Below are positions 40,157 to 50,676 of a stretch of 64,000 bases of DNA, piece after piece; position 1 is the stretch's first letter; each line of letters starts with the position of its first letter. Source of the DNA: Alphaproteobacteria bacterium. GTDB taxonomy: Bacteria; Pseudomonadota; Alphaproteobacteria; SHVV01. The position numbers were made by a program, and so were the translations under genes. A model generated the notes under the pieces. That model was not told the origin of the DNA. It ran no database searches and saw only the letters and a list, made by a program, of their open reading frames with translations. The stretch is taken from contig OZ253470.1 of assembly GCA_965261735.1 (NCBI GenBank), positions 1,216,001-1,280,000 on the forward strand, given 5' to 3'.

Positions 40157-43100
40157 ATGCAGTGCCCGAGTTGCAGGAGCGAGAACCGCGAGGGGCGCCG
40201 CTTTTTGCGCCAAGTGCGGAGTGCCTCTCGCCCTCGCCTGCCCCGCTTGCGGCTTCGTCAACGACCCCGGGGACGAGTATTGTGGCGGTTGCGGGGCGCA
40301 CCTCGCCGATGCACCCGCCACGGAACCGGCCGACACGGCCAGGCTCGACGGGCCCTCCGGCGAGGACGCCGAGCGGCGCCAGGTCACCATCCTATTCGCC
40401 GATCTGTCCGGCTTCACCAAGCTCACGAGCGCGCGCGACCCCGAGGAGACCCACCGCCTGATGGGCCGCTTCTTCGAGTCGGTCGACGGTATCGTCGAAT
40501 CCTTTGGTGGCACCGTCGACAAGCACATCGGTGATTCGGTGATGGCCCTGTTTGGGGCCCCCGTGGCCCACGGCAACGACCCGGAGCGCGCCGTGCGCGC
40601 GGCAGCCGACATCCACGCGGCGATGGACTCGATGAGCCGAGACCTGGAACTGGCGTTGGAGGTGCATATCGGCATTGCGAGCGGCCAGGTAGTGGCGAGC
40701 GGCCTCGGTAGCGGCCGGCACCGCGAGTACACGGTGCTCGGTGACTCCGTCAATCTCGCGGCGCGGCTGGTCGAGATGGCCGGGCCCGGTGAGACGCTGA
40801 TCGCCGATGCCGTGTACCGGGCACTGGCCCCTTTGGTCGAGGCCGAGTCGGTAGGCGCGGCCGAGATCAAGGGCCTCGACGCGCCGGTCAAGGTGCGGCG
40901 CCCCAAGCTCGTGCGCAGCGACCGCTCGGCGGCGACGCCGTTCGTCGGCCGCCGCGCCGAGCTGCGCCAGCTGCGCGGCCTGCTCGATGCCTGTCGCGAG
41001 GACGGGAGCGGGCACACCATCTACGTGCGTGGCGAGATCGGCATGGGTAAGTCGCGCCTCGTCGAAGAGCTCGCCGCCGCCGCGGCGGCCGACGGTTTCT
41101 CCCGCCACACGGGCCTGGTGCTGGATTTCGGCGTCGGCCGCGGGCGCGACGCCGTGCGCGGCCTCGTCCGAAGCCTGCTCGGGATTGCACCCGGTACGGC
41201 CAAGAAGACGCGCGCCGCCGCTGGGGTACGGGCCGTTGCCGATGGTCTAATCGATGCGGATCATCAGGTGTTCCTCAACGACCTCCTCGACGTGCCGCAA
41301 GCGCCGGCGATGCGGGCGATCTATGACGCCATGGACAACGACACGCGCATCCGTCGCAAGCAGGAATGCGTCGGCCTCCTGCTAGAGCGCGCGAGCCGGC
41401 AAGCTCCCCTACTCATCATCGTCGAGGACCTGCACTGGGCCGATCCGCCGACGCTCGGCTTTCTCGCGGTGATGGCCGAGACCGCGGCTCGGGCGCCGAT
41501 GCTCCTGGTCATGACCTCGCGGATCGAGGGCGATCCGCTGGATGCGGCGTGGCGCCAGAGCACCCGACAGACCGCTATCACGACGATCGACCTCGGGCCG
41601 CTGCGCGACGACGAGGCGCTGGCGCTCGCAGGGGGCTTCGTCGAGGCGACCAACCGCTTCGCTCAGCGCTGTGTCGAGCGCGCCGAGGGCAACCCGATGT
41701 TCCTCGAACAACTGCTGCGCAGCTTGGAGGACGGCGACGAAGACGACGTGCCGGGATCGGTGCAGAGCATCGTACTCGCGCGTGTCGATCGCCTTTCGGC
41801 CGACGACAAGCACGCGCTGTAGTCGGCGGCCGTCCTGGGGCAGCGATTCGTGCTCGCCGACCTGCGCGTGCTCCTCGACGATCCCGACTACGCGTGCGAT
41901 GGCCTTATGGCCCACCATCTGCTGCGCCCCGCCGGGGGCGACTTCCTGTTCTCGCATGCCCTTATTTGGGAGAGCGTGTACGCCTCGCTACTCAGGGCGC
42001 GTCGCCAGGAATTGCATCGCACCGCCGCAACCTGGTTCGCCGACCGCGAGCCGGCGCTGCGGGCCGAGCACCTTGAACGGGCCGGCGATTCGGGCGCGGC
42101 GGCCGCCTACTTCGACGCCGCCGCAGCGCAGGCCGAGGCGCTCCAGCTCGACCGGGCGCTCGAGCTCGTCGAGCGCGGCGTGCAACTCGCGCTTGAGCCG
42201 GCTGACACCTATCGTCTCCTCATGCTGCGCGGCGAATGCCTGCGCGAGATCGGCCGCCCCACCGAATCGATCGACGTCTACCGCCAGGCGCTGGAGGTGG
42301 CGTCGGGTGACGTCGAGAAGTGTCGAGCGTGGATCGGCCTCGCCGCCGACATGCGGGTGACCGACGATTACGACGAAGCGCTGCGCGTCCTCGCGCACGC
42401 CGAGGCAGCGTCGGCGGACCACGGCCTCGACCGGGAACGCTCCGAGGTTCACTACTATCGCGGCAATCTCTTTTTCCCGCTCGGCAACATCGATGGCTGC
42501 CTGGAACAGCACCGGCTGGCGCTCGAATTCGCGACCAAGGCCGCGAGCCCCGAGTGCGAGGCGCGGGCCCTGTCCGGCCTTGGCGATGCCTACTACTCGC
42601 GCGGTCGTATGGTCACCGCGCTCGACTACTTCCGCCGCTGCATCGCCATCTGCCGCGAACACGGCTTCGGGCGGATCGAAGTCGGCAACCAGTACATGGT
42701 GGCCTGGAACCGCGTTTACCTGAACGAGGTCGGCGGCGCCCTCGACGATGCGCTGGCCGCCGTGGACTCCGCCGTTCGGGTCGGCCATCGGCGGGCCGAG
42801 ATGGTGGCGCGGCTCACGGCGGCGCGCGTTCTCGTCGAGAAAGATGAGGTCGAGGCGGCGAGGCCCTATTGCGACCGCGGGCTGGAGCTCGCCGACGCCC
42901 TTGGCGCCAACCGTTTCAAGCCGTTCCTCCTGATCTACGCGAGCCGCATCCGCTTTGCCGCAGGCGGCGTGAGCCGCGAGACCGTGCGGCTCGTCGAGGA
43001 CGCGGTCGCCAAGGCCCGCGATACCGGCATCGGCTTCCTCGGCCCTTGGGTGCTGAGCACGCTGGCCCTCGTGACCGGGGATCGGGCGCAGGAGCGTGCG

Positions 43101-43427
43101 GCGCTGGCCGAGGGCGAGGAGATCCTCGCCGCCGGGTGCGTCGGCCACAACTATTTCGGGTTCTATCGCGACGCGATCGACATCGCGCTGCGCAACGGTG
43201 CCTGGGACGAGGCCGAGCGCTACGTTGCGGCCCTGACGCGCTACACCAGGGCCGAACCTGTGCCTTGGGCCGACTTCTTCGCGGCGCGCGGTGGCGCCCT
43301 CGCGGCGCACGGCCGGGATGCGCGCGACGCGGCGGCCATCGCCAAGCTCGCTGAGCTCAGGGGCGTCGCCGAGGACGTCGGGCTCTTCGCCGCCGTACCT
43401 GCGCTCGATCGCGCCCTTACCGGGTGA
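40157..43427 (+). pseudogene. Double Zn-ribbon - adenylate/guanylate cyclase - AAA ATPase - TPR protein, with a +1 frameshift (~40202) and an in-frame TAG (41820-41822)
   Basis: MQCPSC..CAKCG..CPACG..CGGCG; ERRQVTILFADLSGFT; GDSVMALFG; GDSVNLAARL; GEIGMGKSRL; EDLHWAD; GNPMFLEQ; HAL*SAAVLG continues in frame into the TPR region. Confidence 0.85.
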
Positions 43428-43430
43428 GCG

Positions 43431-44504
43431 CTACTTCCTTTTCTTGCCCCGACTCGCCCGCGGGCGCTTGAGCGAGGCGTCGGTCTTTCGGGTCGAGGAC
43501 AGGCCGGGCCGGTCGGAGCGGTACCAGGTGAAGGTCGAGTGATGGAAAAGCTCCTCGGGCTTCCAGCGCCGCTTCGACAGGCCCTGCTCGCGCGACCAGC
43601 GAATCTGCGCCTCGATCGTCGTCAGGTTGGGTTCGAGCCCGTAGGGCCAATAGTCCTCGCCCATATCGCGGATCGTGTTCTCGGCCTCGGCCGTGACCCA
43701 CGGCAGCGTCGTGGTCAGCGCCGTGATCTCGGTCAGGTGCGGCTCGATCGCCCGCTTCGATTCCTCGAACGCCTTCATGACCGCGCGCGGCAACCACGGG
43801 TATTTCTCGACCAGCGAGCGGCGCATGCCGACGAGATGCATGATGTGGAAGATGCCCGTTTTCTTGTAGTAGGCGAGCTCGGCGGCGCGGTAGTCGGGAA
43901 AGAGGCGGCCCACGCGGCGCGCCTTCTGGCGCCAGCACAATGGCGTCTGTGCGGTGAAGATGGCGTCGAGCTCACCCTTGGCCAGCATCTGCGACAGCGT
44001 GGCGCCTTGTGGAATGGGCTCGATGCTCACGCCCTTGGGTGCGTCCAGCGGCACGTAATCGAGGAACTCCGGAACGTCGAGCCCGCCGATCCGCCAGTCG
44101 ACGTCCTCGGGCTTGAGCCCGTATTCGTCGCTCAGCATGCCGCGGATGCAGAGGCCACGGGTCAGGTGGTAATTGGGCGCGCCGATGCGCTTGCCCTTGA
44201 GGTCGCGCGGTTTGTTGATGCCGCGGTCGGTGCGGATGAAGATGCCCGAGTGGGCGAACACGCGCGACAGCGGAATCGGCAGCGCGATGTAGGGGAAGTC
44301 GACGTTGGTCCGGGCCAGCATGTAGGTGCTGAACGACATCTCGGAGACGTCGAATTCCTGGTAGGTGAACAGGCGGAAGAAGGTCTCCTCGGGCCTTAGG
44401 GTGAGGTAGGTGACGTCGCACCCTTCGACCTCGACCGTACCATCCTTGATGGCGCGGATCCGGTCATAGTCCCAGCTCGCAATCGTGATCGGTAGTTTCG
44501 CCAT
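43431..44504 (-). CDS. 4,5-dihydroxyphthalate decarboxylase-like protein (binding-protein fold)
   Basis: WDYDRIRAI.DG.V, EFDVSEMSFSTY, YYKKTGIFHIMH, DYWPYG; no signal peptide. Confidence 0.75.
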   Translation of the reverse strand: MAKLPITIASWDYDRIRAIKDGTVEVEGCDVTYLTLRPEETFFRLFTYQEFDVSEMSFSTYMLARTNVDFPYIALPIPLSRVFAHSGIFIRTDRGINKPRDLKGKRIGAPNYHLTRGLCIRGMLSDEYGLKPEDVDWRIGGLDVPEFLDYVPLDAPKGVSIEPIPQGATLSQMLAKGELDAIFTAQTPLCWRQKARRVGRLFPDYRAAELAYYKKTGIFHIMHLVGMRRSLVEKYPWLPRAVMKAFEESKRAIEPHLTEITALTTTLPWVTAEAENTIRDMGEDYWPYGLEPNLTTIEAQIRWSREQGLSKRRWKPEELFHHSTFTWYRSDRPGLSSTRKTDASLKRPRASRGKKRK

Positions 44505-44574
44505 GTCTCCCCCTCGTTGCATGACTACGGCAGATGTCGTGTATCAGGGCGCGCCAACGAAACCGTCAGCGGGC

Positions 44575-46317
44575 CTACTTCGCCATCTGCATCCTCACCC
44601 GCAGATGCAGCACCGCGTACATCGTGATCGCCAGCGCCACCGCCGCGTACTGCACTTCTGGCCTGGGATAAATCAGGGCCACGCCCAACGCCGCGAAACC
44701 CAATCGCAGCCAGGACGGAAGTTTGACTTGCGCCATCCAGCCATGGGCAGCTAGGCACGAGACCACGACCAGAACGATACCGATGAACGTAGCTGAAACC
44801 ACCTCCATCGTGCTGCCGATACCGAGAACCCCCGGGTTGAAGACGAAGAAGAACGGCAGAATGAATCCGGCGATTCCCTGCTTTACCGCGTGTACGGCGA
44901 TCACCATGGGATTGGCCTCGGCTATCGTCGCCGCCGAGAAGCAAGCTGTGGCCATCGGTGGCGCAATCGCCGACATGCACGCGAAATAAAGCATGAAAAG
45001 GTGGGCTTGTAAGACCGGGAGCCCGAGGTCGGAGACGAGCACCGGCGCGATCAGCGCGACCCCCATGATGTAGACGCCCGGGGTCGGCATCCCCATGCCC
45101 ATCAGGATGAGGACGATCGCCGAGGTAGCGAGAATCAGGACCACGTTGTCGCCGGCCACGTAATACATCATCAACGTGAACTTGCCGGCGAGTCCCGATA
45201 GCTCGATGCAGCCAATGATCGCTCCGGCGCCGAGCACCGCCCCGGTGAGGATCGCGATGCGGTAGACGGTGTCGGTACAAGATTCGATGAACAGGCGCGG
45301 TCCTATGCGTCCTCGGGGATCGGGATTGAGCCAGCTCGCGATCACCACGAACACGGTCGAGCCGGCGGCCACGTATGTCGGGCTGTAGCCGTTCACGAGA
45401 AAATAGACCAGGGCACAGATCGGCAGGAAATGGACCCAGCCGCGCTTGAACGCGATCTTGAGACCAACGATATCCGCCTCGGCGATACGCCCCTCGTTGA
45501 AGCGTTGTGCTTCGTAATGGATCAGCAAGAACACGCCAAGGTAATAGAGGATCGCGATGATCACTCCGGCAATGATGATCTCAGCGTAAGGAATGCCGGT
45601 GAACTCCACCATCATGAAGGCGACGGCCCCCATGACCGGCGGCAGCAACGCGCCGCCCGCCGACGCCGAAGACTCGATCGCCGCCGCACGGACGGCCGAG
45701 ACGCCCACCCGCTTCATCAGCGGGATGGTGATCGGCCCGGTCGTGACGACGTCGGCAGTTGGACTGCCTGAAATCGACCCGTAGAGCCCACTCGAGACGA
45801 CGCAGGCCTTGGCCGGACCGCCGACCGAGCGGCCCGCGGCCACCGCCGCGAGGTCGAAGAACAACTGGCCGCCGCCGGCCCTCTGGTAGAAAGCGCCGAA
45901 TAGGACGAACAGGAACGCATACGTCGCGGCTACCTGGATCGGCGCGCCGAAGATGCCGACGTGGGTCAGCGTCTGCAGGGTGAGAAAATATGGAAGGCTG
46001 ATGGCGCCGTGGTGCAGTTCGCCCCCGAGCAGGTGGCCGAAGGCCACATAGGCGATCAGGATAACGACGACGCTGGTGAGACCCCAGCCGATGGTGCGGC
46101 GGCAGGCTTCGACGCTCAATGCGACCAGCACCACGCCGACCGCCTGCTCCCGTGTTGAAATCGACGTTATGCCCTCGACGAAGTTGTAGTAGTAGTAGTC
46201 GTCGTTGAGGACGTAGTAGGCCCCAACTCCAAGGGAAACGGCGGCCAGGATGTAGTCGACGATGTTAAGACGCGCGAACGGGCTGCGCCGCGACCGAGCC
46301 GCCGTCTCGCCGGTCAT
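44575..46317 (-). CDS. TAXI-type TRAP transporter fused permease
   Basis: GGPAKACVVSSGLYGSISGS, TGPITIPLMK, PPVMGAVAF, GMGMPT. Confidence 0.88.
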   Translation of the reverse strand: MTGETAARSRRSPFARLNIVDYILAAVSLGVGAYYVLNDDYYYYNFVEGITSISTREQAVGVVLVALSVEACRRTIGWGLTSVVVILIAYVAFGHLLGGELHHGAISLPYFLTLQTLTHVGIFGAPIQVAATYAFLFVLFGAFYQRAGGGQLFFDLAAVAAGRSVGGPAKACVVSSGLYGSISGSPTADVVTTGPITIPLMKRVGVSAVRAAAIESSASAGGALLPPVMGAVAFMMVEFTGIPYAEIIIAGVIIAILYYLGVFLLIHYEAQRFNEGRIAEADIVGLKIAFKRGWVHFLPICALVYFLVNGYSPTYVAAGSTVFVVIASWLNPDPRGRIGPRLFIESCTDTVYRIAILTGAVLGAGAIIGCIELSGLAGKFTLMMYYVAGDNVVLILATSAIVLILMGMGMPTPGVYIMGVALIAPVLVSDLGLPVLQAHLFMLYFACMSAIAPPMATACFSAATIAEANPMVIAVHAVKQGIAGFILPFFFVFNPGVLGIGSTMEVVSATFIGIVLVVVSCLAAHGWMAQVKLPSWLRLGFAALGVALIYPRPEVQYAAVALAITMYAVLHLRVRMQMAK

Positions 46318-46413
46318 CCCTAGATTCGCATTTTACCCGTACGGCTGAGTGCAGACGCACCCGCCGCGGGGTCGTTTGTACCCGCGGACGATGCGCCTGC
46401 TCGATGGCCGTCG

Positions 46414-46846
46414 CTAGTTAATCCAGCCGCGCTCGAGATAGTACTTCTTGGCGCCCGGGTGATAGTCCATCGCCTTCGGCTTGGCGATCATGGCGTCCTT
46501 CGAATAGCTCTTGAACGCCGAGTGGATCGCTTGCACCCGGTCGATGTTCTCGGCCACCGCCTTGACCATCTTATAGACAGCCTCGTCCGAGACATGGGCG
46601 CCTGCGGCCACGGTCGCCCACGACCTCAGCGTGGTCACGTCGCTTGGCAGGAAGTTGTAATACGAGCCCGGAATCGTCGACATTTGAAAGTCGCGCTTGA
46701 CGGCAATCTTTTCCAACACGTCGCGGTCCGGTTGCAGCCAAACCAGATCGCGGGTCTTGGAGATGTCGACGATCCGCGCATCGGGCTGAATGCCGAACTC
46801 GATCATGAGGTCGGTCTTGCCATCGCGCAGGTCCTGGAGGCTCGAG
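46414..46846 (-). pseudogene. TAXI-family TRAP substrate-binding protein, C-terminal fragment
   Basis: LRDGKTD, IPGSYY, VSDEAVYKMVKAV, YHPGAKKYYLERG; no 5' part. Confidence 0.78.
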
Positions 46847-47430
46847 TCAAGGTGTACAGCCCGACTCCCGCCAACCGGCAGCGCTACGCCGAGGAGATGG
46901 CGGCCGAGTTGGGCATCGACGTTGTTCCGGTCGACAGCGCGCGCGACGCGGTGAGGGGCGTCGACATCCTCTCGCCGTGTACGGATTCGATGGTGCCGGT
47001 GTTCGAAGCCGACTGGCTCGAGCCCGGCATGCACGAGACGAGCCTCGAGGCCGCCGCGCGCTGCGACATCCGCATCCGCCAGGGGATCGACTCGATGCCG
47101 CTGGCGCCCGAGCACGAGTCGCCGCGCATGCGAAGCACGTCGGGTTTGAGTTGGACAGCATTCGTCGGCGGGAGCGAGGAGGAGATGAAACGCCTGCCCG
47201 ACAAGAGTCCGTACCGCCTGCCGGTCGAGCGGTACGCGCACTTTGCCGACCTCGCCAAGGGCACGGTGCCAGGACGCACCAGTCGCGATCAGATCACTTT
47301 CTACTACAACAACGGCAACCAGGGGATTCAGTTCGCTGCAGTCGGCGGCCTGATCTACCGCAACGTCCTCGCGAAGGGCGGCGGACGCGAACTGCCGACG
47401 GAGTGGTTCCTCGAGCACATTCGAGCGTAA
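46847..47430 (+). pseudogene. Ornithine cyclodeaminase/mu-crystallin family protein, C-terminal fragment
   Basis: VKVYSPTPANR, AVRGVDI..CTDSMVPV..ADWLEPGMH, GRTSRDQIT, GIQFAAVG; no start. Confidence 0.78.
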
Positions 47431-47529
47431 TGATGGGACGCGTGGCGAGGGAGAGTTGCCGACGACTCAAATAGACGGGCGCGAGGGGAAAGCCCTCGGC
47501 CTGCGCGTTTTGCCTGGGGTGGGCCGCTT

Positions 47530-48528
47530 TCACCAGTCGTGGGTCGATTCGACGAACAGTTCCTCGACGTCCCAGCGCCGGCCCGACAAGCCCTGCTCGA
47601 ACGACCAGCGGATCTCGGCCTCCAGCGTCGGTCGGTTGGGCGCAATCCCGTAGGGCCAAAAGTCCTCGCCCATGAGGCGAACTGTGTCCTCGTATTCCGC
47701 CACCAGCCAGGGCAGCGTCACCGTCAGCGCGTCGAGTTCGGCCAGGCTCGGTAGGCACGCGGCCTTCGATTCCTCGAACGCCTTCATGAGGTTGCGGGCG
47801 AGCCACGGGTGGGCCTCGATCAGGCTTTCGCGGACGCCGATGACGTGCATTACCGGGAAGATGCCGGTCTTCCTGTAGTAGGCCTGTTCGAGCGGGCGGA
47901 AGTCGGGGAACAGGCGGTCAATGTGGGGCGCCCGCTGAAGGAAGGTGAGCGGATCGCGCGCGCCGATCACCGCGTCGAGTTCGCCGCTCTCCAACATGCC
48001 GTTGAGCGACTTGTCCGCGTCGATGGTTTCGACGTCGACGCCTTGCGGGGGCTCGGCTCCGACGTAGTTGCGCCGTTGGGGCTGGTTGTAGCCGCCGAGG
48101 CGCCAGCGTATGTCGGCCGGGCGGACGCCGTACTCGTCGCTCAGCATGCCGCGCACGCACAGCAGGCGGGTGAAGTGGTAGCTCGGCGCCCCGATGGCCC
48201 GGCCCTTGAGGTCCTCGGGTCCGGAGATTCCGCGGTCGGTGCGAATCCAGATCGAGCAGTGCGGAAAGACCCGCGACAGCAGCACCGGAATCGCGCGGTA
48301 CGGCCATGGCCCCTTGGAGCGCGCCAGCATGTAGGTGCTGAGCGACATCTCGGAGACGTCGAACTCCTGGTGATTGAAGAGACGCGGGAAGGTCTCCGAG
48401 GGCGGCAGCGTGAGGTAGGTGACGGCGCACCCCTCGACCCCGACCCGGCCCGACCTGAGCGCGCGTACGCGATCATAGTCGTCGCTGGCTATGCTGATCG
48501 CGATCGGGGCCATCGCGTCGCTCTCCAT
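47530..48528 (-). CDS. 4,5-dihydroxyphthalate decarboxylase-like protein, paralog 2
   Basis: DDYDRVRAL, EFDVSEMSLSTY, YYRKTGIFPVMH, DFWPYG; collinear with 43431-44504. Confidence 0.75.
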   Translation of the reverse strand: MESDAMAPIAISIASDDYDRVRALRSGRVGVEGCAVTYLTLPPSETFPRLFNHQEFDVSEMSLSTYMLARSKGPWPYRAIPVLLSRVFPHCSIWIRTDRGISGPEDLKGRAIGAPSYHFTRLLCVRGMLSDEYGVRPADIRWRLGGYNQPQRRNYVGAEPPQGVDVETIDADKSLNGMLESGELDAVIGARDPLTFLQRAPHIDRLFPDFRPLEQAYYRKTGIFPVMHVIGVRESLIEAHPWLARNLMKAFEESKAACLPSLAELDALTVTLPWLVAEYEDTVRLMGEDFWPYGIAPNRPTLEAEIRWSFEQGLSGRRWDVEELFVESTHDW

Positions 48529-48574
48529 CCGCGTCCTTGTGCGCCGTACGGCGCGGCCGCGATGCCCCTAGCGG

Positions 48575-49426
48575 CTATGGAGCTGTCCCGGTTGACGTCG
48601 TGCTCGTCGTCGTGGTCGTGGTTGACGTCGAAATTATATCGTCGTCGCTCACGATGGAGGTGATGGCCAGCGCTGCCAGGGCCGCAGCCGCGAGACCGGC
48701 GGCGATCACGCCTGTGGTGAGCCCGCCGGTGGCGGCGCTGGATGCGGCACCGCCCGCCGGCGCGCCGGGCGCCCGGGCGATGGTCTGGTTCATCTGATTG
48801 ACGGCGTTCTGGGCACCCGGCGGAGTGGGGCCCGGAGGCGAAGGCGGCGGCGTCACCCCGGCCGATGCCGGGCTGACCGACGAGGAAAGACCGGACTGAA
48901 CCGAGACGCTGACGCCGGCCACGTTCGTTATGGCGACCGCGCCCTCGACCACGCTCACGGTGGTCAGGCCGTTGGCCGCGACCACGACAGTGAAGATCGT
49001 ACCGCGAATGCCGATGGTAGCCGTCGGGGTGCGCACCTCGTAGGACTGCTGCGCCATCTTGCCGCTGACGAAGCGCATGGCGCCCACCGACATGGAGATG
49101 ACGAGGCGGCCGGCCGTGGCGCTCGGGTCGTAGACGAAGGTGTCCAGCGTCACCTGCGAGTCCGGGCCAACCGTGAGCTGCGTCTCGTCCCTGAACAGCA
49201 GCTCGGTCGCGCTGTCCCCGCTGGTGGCAATGATCTCGTTCTGGAACACGTTGTCCTGAAGGACGATCGTCCTTACGTTGTCCGAGAGCGTGCCGCTGAC
49301 GGCGTTGACCACCTTGGCCGCGGAACCGACGTTCTCCTGCGCGTAGGCCACGGCCGGCGCGAACGCCAGGGCGGCCGACACCGACCAGCACACCGCAGCG
49401 CGCAGCGCGCGCATCGACATCTTCAT
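48575..49426 (-). CDS. Exported FecR-domain protein with Pro/Ala linker and Thr-rich tail
   Basis: Signal peptide ending AYA-Q, LLFRDETQLTVGPDS.V.LD.FVYDP, TPTATIGIRGT. Confidence 0.8.
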   Translation of the reverse strand: MKMSMRALRAAVCWSVSAALAFAPAVAYAQENVGSAAKVVNAVSGTLSDNVRTIVLQDNVFQNEIIATSGDSATELLFRDETQLTVGPDSQVTLDTFVYDPSATAGRLVISMSVGAMRFVSGKMAQQSYEVRTPTATIGIRGTIFTVVVAANGLTTVSVVEGAVAITNVAGVSVSVQSGLSSSVSPASAGVTPPPSPPGPTPPGAQNAVNQMNQTIARAPGAPAGGAASSAATGGLTTGVIAAGLAAAALAALAITSIVSDDDIISTSTTTTTTSTTSTGTAP

Positions 49427-49548
49427 GCGAATTTCCCCCCGGGATGATCGCAAACGCGACAGTCGGCGGCAGAATCGCCGCGAAACGGGCGCGATGCAAC
49501 CATAAACGCCGCGGCCCGACACGACTGACGCGCGACCGGCTCAGCGTT

Positions 49549-50667
49549 TCAGCCGGCGAACTCCTCCCGAATCGCGGTGCTGTGCTGGCCGATCGAGGGG
49601 ACTGGGCGGCACGCCAGCGGCTCGCCTTCGAAGTGCAGGCCCGGAGCGACGAGATCGACCGCGCCGCCTTCGGTGTCGACCGGCAACCGCGTGAGCTGCG
49701 GGTGGCGGGCCACGTCGTCGACCGAGTTGAGCGCGCCGTAGGCGATCTGGCCGGCGGTCAGGCGCTCGGCCAGGACGGCGCGAGTGTGCTTGGCGAACAC
49801 CTCGCCGATCTCGGCATCGAGCGGGGCGCGGTGAGCGACCCGGTCGATGTTGCTGGCGAAAGCCGGATCGCGCGCGAGCCCCGGCTTTTCGAGAACCGCC
49901 TGGCAAAAGCGCGCCCACTCGCGCTCGTTCTGTACGGCGATGACGATCGGGCCGTCCTCGGCCTGGTAGGCCCCATAGGGCGCGATCATGGGGTGGCTGA
50001 AGCCGATGCGGCCCGGCGGCTGGCCGGCTTCGGCGGCCAAAATCGGCGGCGTCATCCAATCGGCGAGGCCATCGAACAGCGAGACCTTGACGGCGCTCGC
50101 CTTGCCGGTGCGCTCGCGCGCATAGAGCGCCTGCAGGAGGCCGGCGAGCGCGTGCGCCCCGGCGCCGAGATCGCAGATCGAGACGCCGACGCGACCGGGC
50201 GCCTCCGGCCCGCCGGTGATCGCGGCGAGCCCCGATTCTGCCTGCACCAGCAGATCGTACGCCTTCATGTCGCGGTACGGACCTTCGTCGCCGTAGCCGC
50301 TGATGTCGCAGGTGATGAGGCGCGGATAGCGCTCGCGCAGGGCGGCGGTGGCGAAGCCCGCGCGCCCGGCCGCCCCCGGCGCGAGGTTCTGCGCGAAGAT
50401 GTCGGCGCGGGCGAGGATACGGTGCATGAGGGCCGCGTCGTCGGGCTTCTTGATGTCGAGGACGAGCGATTCCTTGCCGCGGTTGAGCCACACGAAGAAG
50501 CTGCACTGCCCGGCGGCGAAGGTGTCGTAGTAGCGCGCGAAGTCGCCCTCGGCGCGCTCGATCTTGATGACCCTGGCGCCGGCGTCGGCGAGGCGGGAGG
50601 TCGTGTAGGGGAGCGCCACCGCCTGCTCGAGGGCCAGCACCAGGACGCCGTCGAGCATGCCCGCCAC
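49549..50667 (-). CDS. CaiB/BaiF family III CoA-transferase
   Basis: LEQAVALP, LADAGARVIKIE, LNRGKES, YDLLVQAESG. Confidence 0.92.
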   Translation of the reverse strand: MAGMLDGVLVLALEQAVALPYTTSRLADAGARVIKIERAEGDFARYYDTFAAGQCSFFVWLNRGKESLVLDIKKPDDAALMHRILARADIFAQNLAPGAAGRAGFATAALRERYPRLITCDISGYGDEGPYRDMKAYDLLVQAESGLAAITGGPEAPGRVGVSICDLGAGAHALAGLLQALYARERTGKASAVKVSLFDGLADWMTPPILAAEAGQPPGRIGFSHPMIAPYGAYQAEDGPIVIAVQNEREWARFCQAVLEKPGLARDPAFASNIDRVAHRAPLDAEIGEVFAKHTRAVLAERLTAGQIAYGALNSVDDVARHPQLTRLPVDTEGGAVDLVAPGLHFEGEPLACRPVPSIGQHSTAIREEFAG

Positions 50668-50676
50668 GGCGTGGCC

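Noticed and set aside
41820-41822. Pyrrolysine or stop-codon reassignment
   Set aside because: Many genes here terminate normally at TAG and no pyl machinery is visible; a single CAG>TAG change suffices
46351-46400. Hairpin between the TAXI binding-protein and permease genes as an ncRNA
   Set aside because: Position is typical of an mRNA-stabilising stem after binding-protein genes; no other support
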